Positions 1-10,118 are shown, counted from the first letter of the whole stretch. The stretch: DNA of 56,186 bases, filler included, from an uncultured Methanosarcinales archaeon (GCA_964645415.1; 21 parts of 21 records of this genome joined end to end with filler, not necessarily neighbours in it), one strand, 5' to 3'. A program made the numbers and translations. The notes: generated by a model not told the origin, from the letters alone.

Positions 1-38
1 TTCGTTAACTTTAAAAATAAAAAGTTTATAATATAGAT

Positions 39-773
39 ATGAAAATTGAATTTTTTGGAAATGGTGGAGATGTACATTCATTAAATAAAATAAATCCTTC
101 GTCATTCATAATTACGCATCGAACTTTTAACATTCTTTTTGATCCAGGAATTAATTGCTCAAGTAGTCTTATTACAGAAAATAAAAACATAAGAAAAATT
201 GATGTGGTTTGTATAACAGGAGAAGAATTAGAAGAGAGTGGTGATTTAAATACAATCTCTTATTTAAAAAGTTATGATGGATTTGATCCGCATGGTTTTT
301 TAATCTTAAAAAGAAGTATAAAGAAAAACCCTAAAATTTTAAATGCTTCTTTTTTTGGAAACTATGAAAGAGTTATTTCTCTTGAAGATGGAGACAATGT
401 CGAAATTGATAATTTATACTTGAAAGCAGTTAAATCAGAAGTTAATGAAGATAAATTAAATTATATTATTAGCTCAAAAAAAAATAATATATTATTAGTT
501 GATTCTAAAGAAAGTCTTTATAGTATTGTTGAAAGATACAAATCAAGAAAATTTGATACATTAATCATAAAAACAAATGGTTTTAAGATTGATGAAATTA
601 AAGAATCGCTTGAGCATGTTTGTCCAAAGATGGCAATATTTACAATGATACCAAAAGAGTATCATGAAGAAGGTTTAAAAGATATTATTAGAAAAATTAA
701 CATAAAGACAAAATGTAACACAACTATTTCTGAAAAAGGTTTATCTATAGATTTAAATGCTGGACTAATCTAA
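39..773 (+). CDS. Metallo-beta-lactamase-fold protein, metal-binding motif degenerate
   Basis: N-terminal MKIEFFGNGG ... ILFDPG ... IDVVCIT pattern of MBL/RNase Z-like folds, but the HxHxDH position reads GEELEE. Confidence 0.55.
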   Translation: MKIEFFGNGGDVHSLNKINPSSFIITHRTFNILFDPGINCSSSLITENKNIRKIDVVCITGEELEESGDLNTISYLKSYDGFDPHGFLILKRSIKKNPKILNASFFGNYERVISLEDGDNVEIDNLYLKAVKSEVNEDKLNYIISSKKNNILLVDSKESLYSIVERYKSRKFDTLIIKTNGFKIDEIKESLEHVCPKMAIFTMIPKEYHEEGLKDIIRKINIKTKCNTTISEKGLSIDLNAGLI

Positions 774-777
774 CTAA

Positions 778-1254
778 TCAATTACTTAATTCTTCTTTTA
801 AATCATTTCCTGTAATAAAATCAATTCCTAAATAAAAACAAGAAATAATTAAAACCATGTATAACCAGTCTGAATTAAAACCCGGTAAATTCGGTTGATA
901 AAAAGAACTAATTACAGAATAGAATAAAATAGCAATTACTATTATAATAAAACTACCACTCACAGTACTATTAGAGTTTGGAGTTGGTTTTCCAAAAGCA
1001 GCAAATAATATTATTAAAAACACACTTAAATAAAAAAACATTCCTACTTGTCCAAAAAAGTCATAAACACCTTCAAAATAATCAAATCCATAAGAAAAAG
1101 AATAAATTGGAGGAATAATAGAAATTAAAACAGCAATTAAAACATTTATACTCTTTTTTGAACTTGGAAAAGAAATTTTTTGTAAAACGGTAAAAATCAT
1201 GATAAATATTATGACACTAGGTAAAATATAATATAAAGAATTTAAATATTCCAT
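778..1254 (-). CDS. Multi-pass membrane protein, probable paralogue of 1264-1839
   Basis: About five hydrophobic segments; YYILPSVIIFIMIFTVLQK resembles the neighbour's VVLPFLLIFTIMYAILER. Confidence 0.65.
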   Translation of the reverse strand: MEYLNSLYYILPSVIIFIMIFTVLQKISFPSSKKSINVLIAVLISIIPPIYSFSYGFDYFEGVYDFFGQVGMFFYLSVFLIILFAAFGKPTPNSNSTVSGSFIIIVIAILFYSVISSFYQPNLPGFNSDWLYMVLIISCFYLGIDFITGNDLKEELSN

Positions 1255-1263
1255 TTTATCACA

Positions 1264-1839
1264 TCAGTCATCACTATTTCCACCATGAATAACATAGTAA
1301 ATAGCAACTACCATTAATACTAAGATTACAAAACTATAACCAATTTCCTTTAAATTTTCTGTTGGTATTTGAGATAAGAAATCAACAATTGTATAATACC
1401 AACCCATTGAATGAACAAAAATAAGAATAATACCAATAAAAACTAAAAAAGTAAGTAATTTTTTCCATTTCTCACCTAATAATTTCCCATCATTTAACTC
1501 TTCAGCACTTCTAAAATTCGCAACTAACATCAAAAACATTACTATAAGGATTGTTAAAAGTACAACATAAGATAACATAATATTGATAGCAGAAATTACT
1601 TGTGTAGATGCTACAGCAATTAAAGCAGTTGAAAATGCAACCATCGCATGAAGGTTAGAAGGAGTGATCTCTGCACCGGAATCTGTTTCAATTGGTGTTG
1701 CAAATAACCTTGTTCTTTCTAAAATAGCATACATAATTGTAAAAATTAGAAGAAAAGGTAATACGACATCATATATTCCAAGTGTTTCCATAAAATTAAT
1801 TGCATCTCTAAAAAAAGTCATATAGTAAAATACATGCAA
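1264..1839 (-). CDS. Conserved DPANN-type membrane protein (likely start MTFF near 1821)
   Basis: GIYDVVLPFLLIFTIMYAILE motif and about five TM helices. Confidence 0.7.
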   Translation of the reverse strand: MHVFYYMTFFRDAINFMETLGIYDVVLPFLLIFTIMYAILERTRLFATPIETDSGAEITPSNLHAMVAFSTALIAVASTQVISAINIMLSYVVLLTILIVMFLMLVANFRSAEELNDGKLLGEKWKKLLTFLVFIGIILIFVHSMGWYYTIVDFLSQIPTENLKEIGYSFVILVLMVVAIYYVIHGGNSDD

Positions 1840-1885
1840 ACTAGTTTATAAAATTAACTCTAAATTGAAAAGTAAAAAATCAATT

Positions 1886-2734
1886 TTAATTGTTTTGTAC
1901 ATTAATATTATATGGTTTTGATAAGACAATACCATAATCTAAGTTAATGTTAAAATTTGAATTAAAACTTTCAGAAATATCTGATCGATTCATTGAAAAT
2001 ACTAACCTACCATTACCATTTTCATCTAAACGAAAAGATCCTGATTCATCCTCAATATCAGGTGATTCAATATTGTAATTAATTTCAGGTAAATTAGAAA
2101 GATCACTTCTTGAAAATTCTAAGAAAGAAATATCAGAAGAATCAAAGTAACTAAAATGATTATCTGCTTTAAAATACATAACTATTGTTTGTGTTGAAGA
2201 GGATAATGAATATCTTACATCATCAAGTTCTATAGGATAACCTAAATTTGTTTGTTTTGAAACCATCTCACAAGAAGCATCATCTCTTGAAACATCTTCT
2301 CCAATTAAACAAAAGCTTTCTGTGAATGTATTTTCAATATCTACAACTAAATCAATTACAATATTTTGGTTAACTTCTTCCACTGAATCAGGTAGTTCTT
2401 TTGTATTAATGATAACCTCAAAAAAAGATTCTGAGTATTCTTCTACATCTAAAGGTGTTCTCAGCTCCATCATATCTGATTTTTCAATCTCTAATATAGA
2501 ACTATCATAACCTCGAAAATTAAAGGTTGAGTTGAAATAATCAGAATTATCAGAATAGATATTATTTATTATTTCAATTGTTTTTTCATAAGATTCTTCA
2601 GCGTGTAATTCTTGCGTAAAAGATAGAAAGTCAAAATCAATTGAATCTAAAGAACTAGTTTGGTTATCAGATTCACAAGAGATTAATAAAAATGATACAA
2701 AGATTATTAAAAATAATTTTAAATTAAAATTCAT
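1886..2734 (-). CDS. Acidic secreted lipoprotein-like protein
   Basis: Signal peptide ending LLISC, D/E-rich beta-type body with a Cys pair; similar layout to 2739-3584. Confidence 0.7.
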   Translation of the reverse strand: MNFNLKLFLIIFVSFLLISCESDNQTSSLDSIDFDFLSFTQELHAEESYEKTIEIINNIYSDNSDYFNSTFNFRGYDSSILEIEKSDMMELRTPLDVEEYSESFFEVIINTKELPDSVEEVNQNIVIDLVVDIENTFTESFCLIGEDVSRDDASCEMVSKQTNLGYPIELDDVRYSLSSSTQTIVMYFKADNHFSYFDSSDISFLEFSRSDLSNLPEINYNIESPDIEDESGSFRLDENGNGRLVFSMNRSDISESFNSNFNINLDYGIVLSKPYNINVQNN

Positions 2735-2738
2735 TATT

Positions 2739-3584
2739 TCACCTATAAATTATTTCAAGTGGGATAGATCCACTAATTTGATAATAATACTCAAAATCTA
2801 TATTCATAAAAGTTAACATTCCTTCAGAATCAACATCTCTTTTTAATTCACATTCTATTAATTTATCAGAACCAATTGAAACTAAACCATTTTCACTGCC
2901 AATTAAATCACAAGTTTGATTACCTATATTAATAGAATTTACTTTAACATAATTATTTTCTTTTTCACCATTCATATAAACATAAGGAGAACCAACTTCA
3001 GTGTTATCTAAGTGAATCTCATAAAGTATACTAATCTCATCAGAGTAGGTAATAATATCCCAATTAGTAGAAACAACTTGTATTGGAGAACCTTGTTTAT
3101 CTGATGTTGATGATACAAAGTTACAAACATCCCCATCATCATCAAGACATACATCTAATGTATCACTGGTTGAATAATCAAAATCAACAGACCATCTAGT
3201 ATTTGTATCACGAGAGTTAATATCTCTTAAATTCAAATCATCTTTATGTGTAGTATGAAAGTTAATATCTGCTTCAAAAGTATTAGGTAAAGGATCTTCA
3301 AGACTTCTACCAGATATATCGGTTTCAATTGTATTATTTGAAAAATTAACAAAAGCATTATCTTGTATATTAAATTCAAGATTATTAATATCATGAGTAC
3401 CTAAGTTAGAAAAAGTGAGTCTTAAAAGATGATTTTGAGCATGAGGGACACTTCTTGAATAATCAAAAGATAATTCATAGCCAGACCCTTCATTTAATAT
3501 AAAGTCTTGTGATTCATCTCCATTCTCAGTACAGGAGATTAAAAGAAGACTAATTATTAAGATAAAAATAATTTTAAACTTCAT
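2739..3584 (-). CDS. Acidic secreted lipoprotein-like protein
   Basis: Signal peptide ending LLISC, Cys pairs, GSPIQV motif paralleling GYPIEL of the neighbour. Confidence 0.7.
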   Translation of the reverse strand: MKFKIIFILIISLLLISCTENGDESQDFILNEGSGYELSFDYSRSVPHAQNHLLRLTFSNLGTHDINNLEFNIQDNAFVNFSNNTIETDISGRSLEDPLPNTFEADINFHTTHKDDLNLRDINSRDTNTRWSVDFDYSTSDTLDVCLDDDGDVCNFVSSTSDKQGSPIQVVSTNWDIITYSDEISILYEIHLDNTEVGSPYVYMNGEKENNYVKVNSINIGNQTCDLIGSENGLVSIGSDKLIECELKRDVDSEGMLTFMNIDFEYYYQISGSIPLEIIYR

Positions 3585-3623
3585 TTTAAATATAATATTT
3601 TTTTATATTTATATAAGTTACTT

Positions 3624-4517
3624 TTATTTTTCAGTTTTTTTGTCATTTATTTTACGTTTTAGTTCACAAACACGACATATTTTTCTTTCAGATGGCATAT
3701 TACATGAATTACAAAGACCTATTTCTTTATCAGTTAATTGATAATTTTTTTTAGAAATATTTGGAATTTCAATCAAGGAATAAATCAAATCTTTTCTATC
3801 TTGATAACTATCTAACTTTAATATACTTTCAGAAACTGTTTTTCTAAAAGAATGAACTGCATAAGGGCATTCTATAAAAGGGATGTTTAATTCATGAAGT
3901 ACAACATAAAGCATGTTTTCTCTTTCTCTACAATAATAAAGAGGTTTCACTTTTTTTGTAAACTTTTTATGTTCTTTTAATCCTGTTTTGGGACCAGATC
4001 TTGTTATTAAATGAGATTGATTTTTAAACATATTCATTAAAACAGTTTGAGCTTCATCATCAGCATTATGTCCTGTTATAATTACATCATAATCTTTTGA
4101 ATATTTGTTTAATAGATATCTTCTCAAAATACCACACATGCTACAAGGGATGTCATTAAATAAATCAGTTATTTCATCCAAAGGTAATCCTACTTCATCT
4201 TTAAAGTTCTTTTCAATTAGATTAATATCATGTTTCTTTGAGTATTCTTTTAAAGCTTTTTTAGTATGTTCACGATATCCTGAGATTCCTTCATTAATAA
4301 ATAAAAGGTCTATGTCATACCACTTATTAAGAACATGAGTTGCTGCCATAGAGTCTTTTCCTCCTGAAGTTGCAACAACAATTTTATCATTTTTTGAAAT
4401 CAAATTATTTTCTTCTATATTATACTTTACTTTATTTTCATAATATTTAATAAAGTGTTTTTTGCATAAATTAGGGTTTTCATTTACTAATTCATTTCCA
4501 CAAATTTTACATCCCAT
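3624..4517 (-). CDS. ttuA: tRNA 2-thiolation protein, TtuA/NcsA/Ctu1 (TIGR00269-like) family
   Basis: PP-loop SGGKDS, CSMC, GHNADD, ECPY, N- and C-terminal Zn-finger Cys motifs. Confidence 0.9.
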   Translation of the reverse strand: MGCKICGNELVNENPNLCKKHFIKYYENKVKYNIEENNLISKNDKIVVATSGGKDSMAATHVLNKWYDIDLLFINEGISGYREHTKKALKEYSKKHDINLIEKNFKDEVGLPLDEITDLFNDIPCSMCGILRRYLLNKYSKDYDVIITGHNADDEAQTVLMNMFKNQSHLITRSGPKTGLKEHKKFTKKVKPLYYCRERENMLYVVLHELNIPFIECPYAVHSFRKTVSESILKLDSYQDRKDLIYSLIEIPNISKKNYQLTDKEIGLCNSCNMPSERKICRVCELKRKINDKKTEK

Positions 4518-4551
4518 AATTTCTGAAAATTAGAATAAGTTAAAAAAGTTT

Positions 4552-4601
4552 CAATTTTATCACAGCTTTTATCACACAATCTTTATCAAAGTTTTTAATC
4601 T
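4552..4601 (-). repeat. Dispersed repeat family A: three tandem TGATAAAGATTG-like units at a contig end
   Basis: caattttatca / cagcttttatca / caatctttatca; 4577-4601 is the exact reverse complement of 13654-13678 (25 bp). Confidence 0.85.
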
Positions 4602-5023
4602 NNNNNNNNNNNNNNNNNNNNNNNNNNNNNNNNNNNNNNNNNNNNTTAATTAATTAANNNNNNNNNNNNNNNNNNNNNNNNNNNNNNNNNNNNNNNNNNN
4701 NAAATAAAATAATTATTAGAACTTAATAATAGGAAATAATTAACTCTAAGGATTTATTGTCTATTGAATTTTTCTTATTATTAAATTTATTTATATAATT
4801 ATAAAAAAAACTTTAATTTTTTTATTAAATGTACTATTATTAATATATTTAAAAATATATTTTATATTATAATTAATTTATTATATATTATTAAGTATTA
4901 TTAATAGTTAATTTATTTTAATAAAATTGCTTTATACTTAATGTTATTATTATATTATAATAATAAATATCAAATTTTATTTAATAAAAAAAAATCAAAA
5001 AAATTAGTTTATTTGATTATTAT

Positions 5024-5046
5024 GTTTCCATAAGAAACGAAGGGGT
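5024..5046 (+). promoter_or_regulatory. Origin recognition box (ORB) with G-string
   Basis: GTTTCCATAAGAAACGAAGGGGT matches the archaeal ORB pattern TTCCA-nn-GAAAC-n-AGGGG. Confidence 0.75.
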
Positions 5047-5152
5047 ATATGTCTAATTCTAATAATATTTTAGGTTTTAGAATTTGATTTTTAAAGTTTA
5101 TTTTTGTTTAGTATGTATATTATATAATAAGTTTCTTTTTAAGTAACCATTA

Positions 5153-5164
5153 TTTCTTATGGAA
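5153..5164 (-). promoter_or_regulatory. Inverted mini-ORB abutting the cdc6 start codon
   Basis: TTTCTTATGGAA is the exact reverse complement of 5026-5037 (TTCCATAAGAAA). Confidence 0.65.
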
Positions 5165-5165
5165 T

Positions 5166-6371
5166 ATGGTACAAAAAGGACTTGCTGGATTCTTCAAAAA
5201 TTATCTTGATAAAAGTCCTATTTTTAAAAATAAAGAAGCTTTAACAAGTAGTTATATTCCTAATGAATTAATTCATAGAGAAGATAAAATACAGAATATT
5301 GCTTCTATAATAGGTCCTGTTTTACGTGGAGAAAAACCTTCTAATTTATTCGTTTATGGAAAACCTGGTACAGGAAAAACTGTTAGTATAAAATATATTT
5401 TAGAAAATTTAGTTAATGTAGCTAAAGATGAAAACGTTAATGCATCAACTTATTATATTAATGCTAAAATGAAGAAAATGACAGATACAGAATATAGATT
5501 AATTGTTTATTTAGCAAAAAAATTAGGAAGAGATATTCCTAATACTGGTCTGTCTACAAGTGAAGTTTATGATGAATTTTTTAAAGCTATTGAAGAAAAA
5601 AAATCTAATATTATACTTGTTATTGATGAAATTGATTCATTAATTGAAAAATCTGGTGATGATCTTCTTTATATTTTAGTTAGAAAGAATGAAGAGTTAG
5701 TTAATTCAAAACTTTCTTTAATTGGTATTTCAAATAAACCAAATTTTTTAGATAATCTTGATTCAAGAGTTAAATCTTCACTTTCTCAAGAAGAAATTTT
5801 ATTTTCTCCTTATAATGCTATTCAACTTCAAGATATTTTAAGTAAAAGATCTGATGTTGCTTTTAATGATAATGTTTTAGAATCAGGTGTTATTGAAAAA
5901 TGTGCTGCTTATGCAGCTAGAGAAAATGGTGATGCAAGACGTGCTATTGATTTATTAAGAATCGCTGCTGAAATTAGTGAGAGAAAAGGATTTAATAAAA
6001 TAAACATAAAAAAAGTTGATGAAGCACAAACAAAAATTGATAAAGATAGGTATTTTGAATCAATAAAGTCTTTACCTAAACAATTTAAAGCAGTTTTTTA
6101 TTCTATTTTTGATCTTAATATGAATAAAAAGAAATGTAGTTCAACTGATGTTTATAATCATTATCAAAAAGTAGCATCTGAAATTTCATTAAGACCTTTA
6201 ACACAAAGAAGAGTTTCAGATATTTTAAATGATTTAGAATCAAGTGGTCTTATTAGTATGAATACATTTTCAAGAGGACGTTATGGTAAAAAAAGAGTTA
6301 TTAAAGTAACTATACCAGAAATGTTTTATTCTTCAATAAAAGCTTATTTAGAAAGTGAATTTACATTTTAA
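5166..6371 (+). CDS. cdc6: Orc1/Cdc6 replication initiator
   Basis: Walker A GKPGTGKT, Walker B VIDEID, GDARRAIDLLR sensor-2, C-terminal winged helix with SRGRYG. Confidence 0.97.
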   Translation: MVQKGLAGFFKNYLDKSPIFKNKEALTSSYIPNELIHREDKIQNIASIIGPVLRGEKPSNLFVYGKPGTGKTVSIKYILENLVNVAKDENVNASTYYINAKMKKMTDTEYRLIVYLAKKLGRDIPNTGLSTSEVYDEFFKAIEEKKSNIILVIDEIDSLIEKSGDDLLYILVRKNEELVNSKLSLIGISNKPNFLDNLDSRVKSSLSQEEILFSPYNAIQLQDILSKRSDVAFNDNVLESGVIEKCAAYAARENGDARRAIDLLRIAAEISERKGFNKINIKKVDEAQTKIDKDRYFESIKSLPKQFKAVFYSIFDLNMNKKKCSSTDVYNHYQKVASEISLRPLTQRRVSDILNDLESSGLISMNTFSRGRYGKKRVIKVTIPEMFYSSIKAYLESEFTF

Positions 6372-6372
6372 A

Positions 6373-8181
6373 ATGATAAAAGATGATGAAATTAAAAGGA
6401 AAATTATAGAAATTTTTTATAAAAATAATATATTTATTGGTATTGATTCTTTATCATATTTATTTTCTAAATATACTGAAACAGAAAGTTATGATGAAAT
6501 AGAAAAAATTGCTAATAGTTTAAATGAAAATATTGATATTAATTTATTTTGGACAAATAAAATATTAATTGAATCTTTTGAGAAAAAAGGAGATAAAATA
6601 TTTAATGAAAAATTTTGTGATTTTAACTGGAAAGAACTAGAAAGAGCTGTTGTATTATATCAAAAAGGTTCTAAGAAAAAACCTTATACTTTTTTCAAAA
6701 AATATCTTAATGATATTTTAGGTAATGAAATAAAAAAAGAACATACTTCAAAAGTAAATAAAAAAAATAGTAAACCTAAAGAAAATAATACTGATATTAA
6801 AAAAAAAAAAATTAAACAAGAAAAACCTAAAGAAGAAAGTGTTGAGAAAACCAAAAAAACTGAAGAAAAGAAATTAGAAAAAAAAGCTTATGATGTTTCT
6901 GAAATTCCTGAAAAGGATTTAGATGAATTTAATATTAAATTAGTAAAAAAGTGTAATCCTGAATTAAAAGATATTAGTGTTTCTGATTTTAAAAATCACT
7001 TTATAAAAAGATTAACTAAAATAACTTCTATTTTGAAAAATAGACCTGAAATAAAAAATTTAACATCTATTGAACATCTTGAATCAAGAAAAGATGAAGA
7101 TAAAATAAGTTTAGTTGGTATTGTTTATGGAGTTTATAAAACTAGAAATGATAATTATTTTATTGAACTTGAAGATAGAAGTGGAAAGCATAAAGTATTT
7201 GTTTCTAAAGATGAGGCTGAACTTGTAAAAAAATGTGAATCTTTAATTGAAGATGAAGTTATTGGTGTTAATGGACGTTTTTCAAGAGATCTATTTATTA
7301 CAAACGAAATTATTTTTCCTGATGTTCCAAATGGTGAATTAAAAAGTTCTAATAAAGAAGAATATGTTGTTTTTATATCTGATATTCATGTTGGTTCAAA
7401 TTTATTTTTAGAAGATTCTTTTAATAATTTTATTGATTGGTTAAATGGAGATTATGGTGATAAAAAACAAAGAGAGATTGCTAAAAAAGTAAAATATGTT
7501 TTTGTTTTAGGTGATTTAGTTGATGGTATTGGTATTTATCCAAGTCAACAAGATGAATTAAATATAGATGATATTTATTTACAATATAGTAAAGTTTCTG
7601 AATATTTATCTAAATTAGATAAAAATCTTCCTATTATAATTATTCCTGGTAATCATGATGCTGTTAGACTTGCTGAACCACAATCAGGATTACCAAAAGA
7701 TGTTGCATTTGATTTATGGAAAATGCCTAATGTATTTATTTTTTCGAATCCATCTATTGTAAATATTGGTTCTTATGATGGATTTTCAGGATTTAATGTT
7801 TTAGCTTATCATGGTTATTCTTATGATTATTATGTCAATAATATTAATGAACTTAGATTAAATGGTGGTTATGATAAAATTACTAATACTATGAAATTTT
7901 TATTAAAGAAAAGACACTTATCACCTAAACATGGTGGTTCTACTTATTTACCTGATCCTGAATCTGATGATTTAGTTATTGATAAAGTACCTGACTTTTT
8001 TGTATCTGGTCATGTTCATAAAAATGACTTTGATCAGTATAAGAAAACATCATTAATTAGTGCATCAACATTTCAAGCTAAGACACCATTTCAAGAAAAA
8101 TTAGGTCATGATCCAACACCAGGTATAGTTCCTGTTGTTAATTTAAAAACACGAGAAGTTAATATGTTTGATTTTAATTAG
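6373..8181 (+). CDS. polB: DNA polymerase D small (proofreading) subunit DP1
   Basis: OB-fold (LEDRSG) plus calcineurin-like motifs SDIHVGS, GDLVDG, PGNHD, YHG, GHVH; follows cdc6; ATG 6373 preferred over GTG 6355. Confidence 0.95.
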   Translation: MIKDDEIKRKIIEIFYKNNIFIGIDSLSYLFSKYTETESYDEIEKIANSLNENIDINLFWTNKILIESFEKKGDKIFNEKFCDFNWKELERAVVLYQKGSKKKPYTFFKKYLNDILGNEIKKEHTSKVNKKNSKPKENNTDIKKKKIKQEKPKEESVEKTKKTEEKKLEKKAYDVSEIPEKDLDEFNIKLVKKCNPELKDISVSDFKNHFIKRLTKITSILKNRPEIKNLTSIEHLESRKDEDKISLVGIVYGVYKTRNDNYFIELEDRSGKHKVFVSKDEAELVKKCESLIEDEVIGVNGRFSRDLFITNEIIFPDVPNGELKSSNKEEYVVFISDIHVGSNLFLEDSFNNFIDWLNGDYGDKKQREIAKKVKYVFVLGDLVDGIGIYPSQQDELNIDDIYLQYSKVSEYLSKLDKNLPIIIIPGNHDAVRLAEPQSGLPKDVAFDLWKMPNVFIFSNPSIVNIGSYDGFSGFNVLAYHGYSYDYYVNNINELRLNGGYDKITNTMKFLLKKRHLSPKHGGSTYLPDPESDDLVIDKVPDFFVSGHVHKNDFDQYKKTSLISASTFQAKTPFQEKLGHDPTPGIVPVVNLKTREVNMFDFN

Positions 8182-8182
8182 T

Positions 8183-8368
8183 TTATTCTTGTTTTTCTCT
8201 TATTTTTTCATTAATAGCATCTTTTAATTTTTCTGCTTCATCACTTATCTTTTTAAGATGTTCTAAATCTGCAAATAATTCATCTGCACAATCTTGACAA
8301 TAATACATATCTCCATGTGGAAGAAAATACTTTGCCTCATCTTCACAGATGCTACATTTTTTAATCAT
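8183..8368 (-). CDS. Small Zn-binding protein
   Basis: CSIC...CQDC followed by a helical tail. Confidence 0.65.
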   Translation of the reverse strand: MIKKCSICEDEAKYFLPHGDMYYCQDCADELFADLEHLKKISDEAEKLKDAINEKIREKQE

Positions 8369-8409
8369 ATATATTATTGATTTTTTCTTAAATTTATATA
8401 ATTTTTGTT

Positions 8410-8988
8410 TTATATCAAGAAAAATGTTAAAATAACAAGTATTATTGATGAACCAATCATAATATTACTTAATGATTTATTTTTATTTCTTATATACTTT
8501 CCATCAAATCCATCTACTGGTAAGAAATTAAATAATGCTAAAAAAGCATTTATTCTGAACATATTATAAATAAAGAAAGTAAAGTTAGTTACTAAAGTAA
8601 TATCTGGATAATTTAATCTAATATTTTGAACAATAAATAATGAAATTGTTGCTAATATTAAATTATAGAGTGGTGCAAGTTCAACAATAAGCTTTTTTTT
8701 ATAAGATTCTATTTTTACATAACCTGGAGAAAGTATTATAAATCCAATTATTGCTAGTAAAACACCCATTAACTGTGATTTTATATTTGCATAAAATTCA
8801 GCTTTCATATTATATTTTATTGCAAATAATTTATGCCATAGTTCATGTCCTATTATACTAATTGTAACAACTAACATTAAAATAGGTACTTTAGAAGGAT
8901 CTGGTACTTGATAAGCAATTAAAAATACTAAAGATGTTAATATGATTGTAATTACTATATCTTTTATTTCACGTAAATTAAATATCAT
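8410..8988 (-). CDS. Site-2 protease (M50) family intramembrane metalloprotease
   Basis: HELWH within a TM helix and FNFLPVDGFDG (NxxPxxxxDG). Confidence 0.85.
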   Translation of the reverse strand: MIFNLREIKDIVITIILTSLVFLIAYQVPDPSKVPILMLVVTISIIGHELWHKLFAIKYNMKAEFYANIKSQLMGVLLAIIGFIILSPGYVKIESYKKKLIVELAPLYNLILATISLFIVQNIRLNYPDITLVTNFTFFIYNMFRINAFLALFNFLPVDGFDGKYIRNKNKSLSNIMIGSSIILVILTFFLI

Positions 8989-9320
8989 TATTAAGTCATG
9001 ATTTAATTTTTGTTAAATGATTTATATTTTTTTAGTATAATTAAAAAATTATGTAATTTAGACAATATTTCACATAAATTTTATAATTTTATTTTCCAAC
9101 AGCATAATATTTTAAATTATATTTTTTTATTTCACTNNNNNNNNNNNNNNNNNNNNNNNNNNNNNNNNNNNNNNNNNNNNTTAATTAATTAANNNNNNNN
9201 NNNNNNNNNNNNNNNNNNNNNNNNNNNNNNNNNNNNAAGAAATAGGAGCTTATAAAAACAAAAATAGAAGAAACAATTAAACAGAGAAAATATATATCTA
9301 AACTTATTTTAACTTACATT

Positions 9321-10118
9321 ATGTTTTTTGATGAGATAAAATCTCTTTTTAAAGGAATCAAACTTAAAGACTTTTTATTTTTTTTATCTGTCCCTATTTT
9401 AATTTCAATTATTCATTTATTTGATTACTTTTTTAATATCTCTAATTATCTTGTTTTAAATATTAATAATCCGTCTTTTTGGCAATTTTTTACATCTTCT
9501 TTTGTTCATTTATCATCAAGTCATTTTTTCAATAATTTAAACTCCATTTTAATAATTGGAGTAATTTTACTTATAATTTCAACAAAAATTGATAAAAATA
9601 AAGAATTTCTAAAATTTTTCTTTTTAATTACTCTAATTTTACCTTTCTTAATTTCATTTTTTCATGTCATATTTAATCCTTTTAATGTAGAAATCATGGC
9701 TGGTAGTTCTGGTTTACTTTCAGCTTATCTTGGTTTAATTCCTTTATTTTGGGGAAGATTGTTCTTAAAATCAAATAAAAATATGTATAAACTAATTTTA
9801 TCTATGCTTTTTTATGTCTTATTTGTTTTTGTTTTTAGGTATCATAGTGTAAGATTTTCTCTTTTCTTTCTCTTAATGTTTTTTATTTTTCTAATATACC
9901 TTAACTTTAATGAAATTGATTTTAAAAAATATAACTCTTTAAAATACTTATATAAAATGCTCTTTTTATTTCCTATTTTGTTTTTTCTTATATCAATTCA
10001 TGTTTATGTATTTCCACTTGATTTGATTATAGATGGTAATATTGTAGAATATTTCTCACACTTCATTGGAATTCTTTTAGGGATAATTATTTCTTTAATT
10101 TCTCTTTATATTAATTAA
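9321..10118 (+). CDS. Rhomboid-family intramembrane serine protease
   Basis: WQFFTSSFVH...HFFNN, GSSG catalytic Ser motif, C-terminal SHFIG His. Confidence 0.8.
   Translation: MFFDEIKSLFKGIKLKDFLFFLSVPILISIIHLFDYFFNISNYLVLNINNPSFWQFFTSSFVHLSSSHFFNNLNSILIIGVILLIISTKIDKNKEFLKFFFLITLILPFLISFFHVIFNPFNVEIMAGSSGLLSAYLGLIPLFWGRLFLKSNKNMYKLILSMLFYVLFVFVFRYHSVRFSLFFLLMFFIFLIYLNFNEIDFKKYNSLKYLYKMLFLFPILFFLISIHVYVFPLDLIIDGNIVEYFSHFIGILLGIIISLISLYIN

Larger units (their letters stand above)
4702..5165. other. Candidate chromosomal replication origin (oriC) upstream of cdc6
   Basis: Extremely AT-rich non-coding tract (DUE-like) with an ORB-like element and an inverted mini-ORB, directly 5' of cdc6. Confidence 0.75.

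Noticed and set aside
2322..2510. Short antisense ORFs (2322, 4105, 11230, 13720, 21315, 22209, 27287, 34829, 39512, 40514, 43931, 51390, 53196)
   Set aside because: Shadows on the opposite strand of well-supported genes, with no motifs and compositions typical of reverse-frame translation.
4602..4701. TTAATTAATTAA flanked by 44 N on each side, repeated 20 times at decreasing intervals
   Set aside because: Artificial contig-joining linker with stops in all six frames; not a biological repeat. It also invalidates any operon inferred across it.
9010..9192. ORF-track 60-aa ORF
   Set aside because: TTG start, AT-rich promoter-like DNA, and it ends only in the artificial linker.
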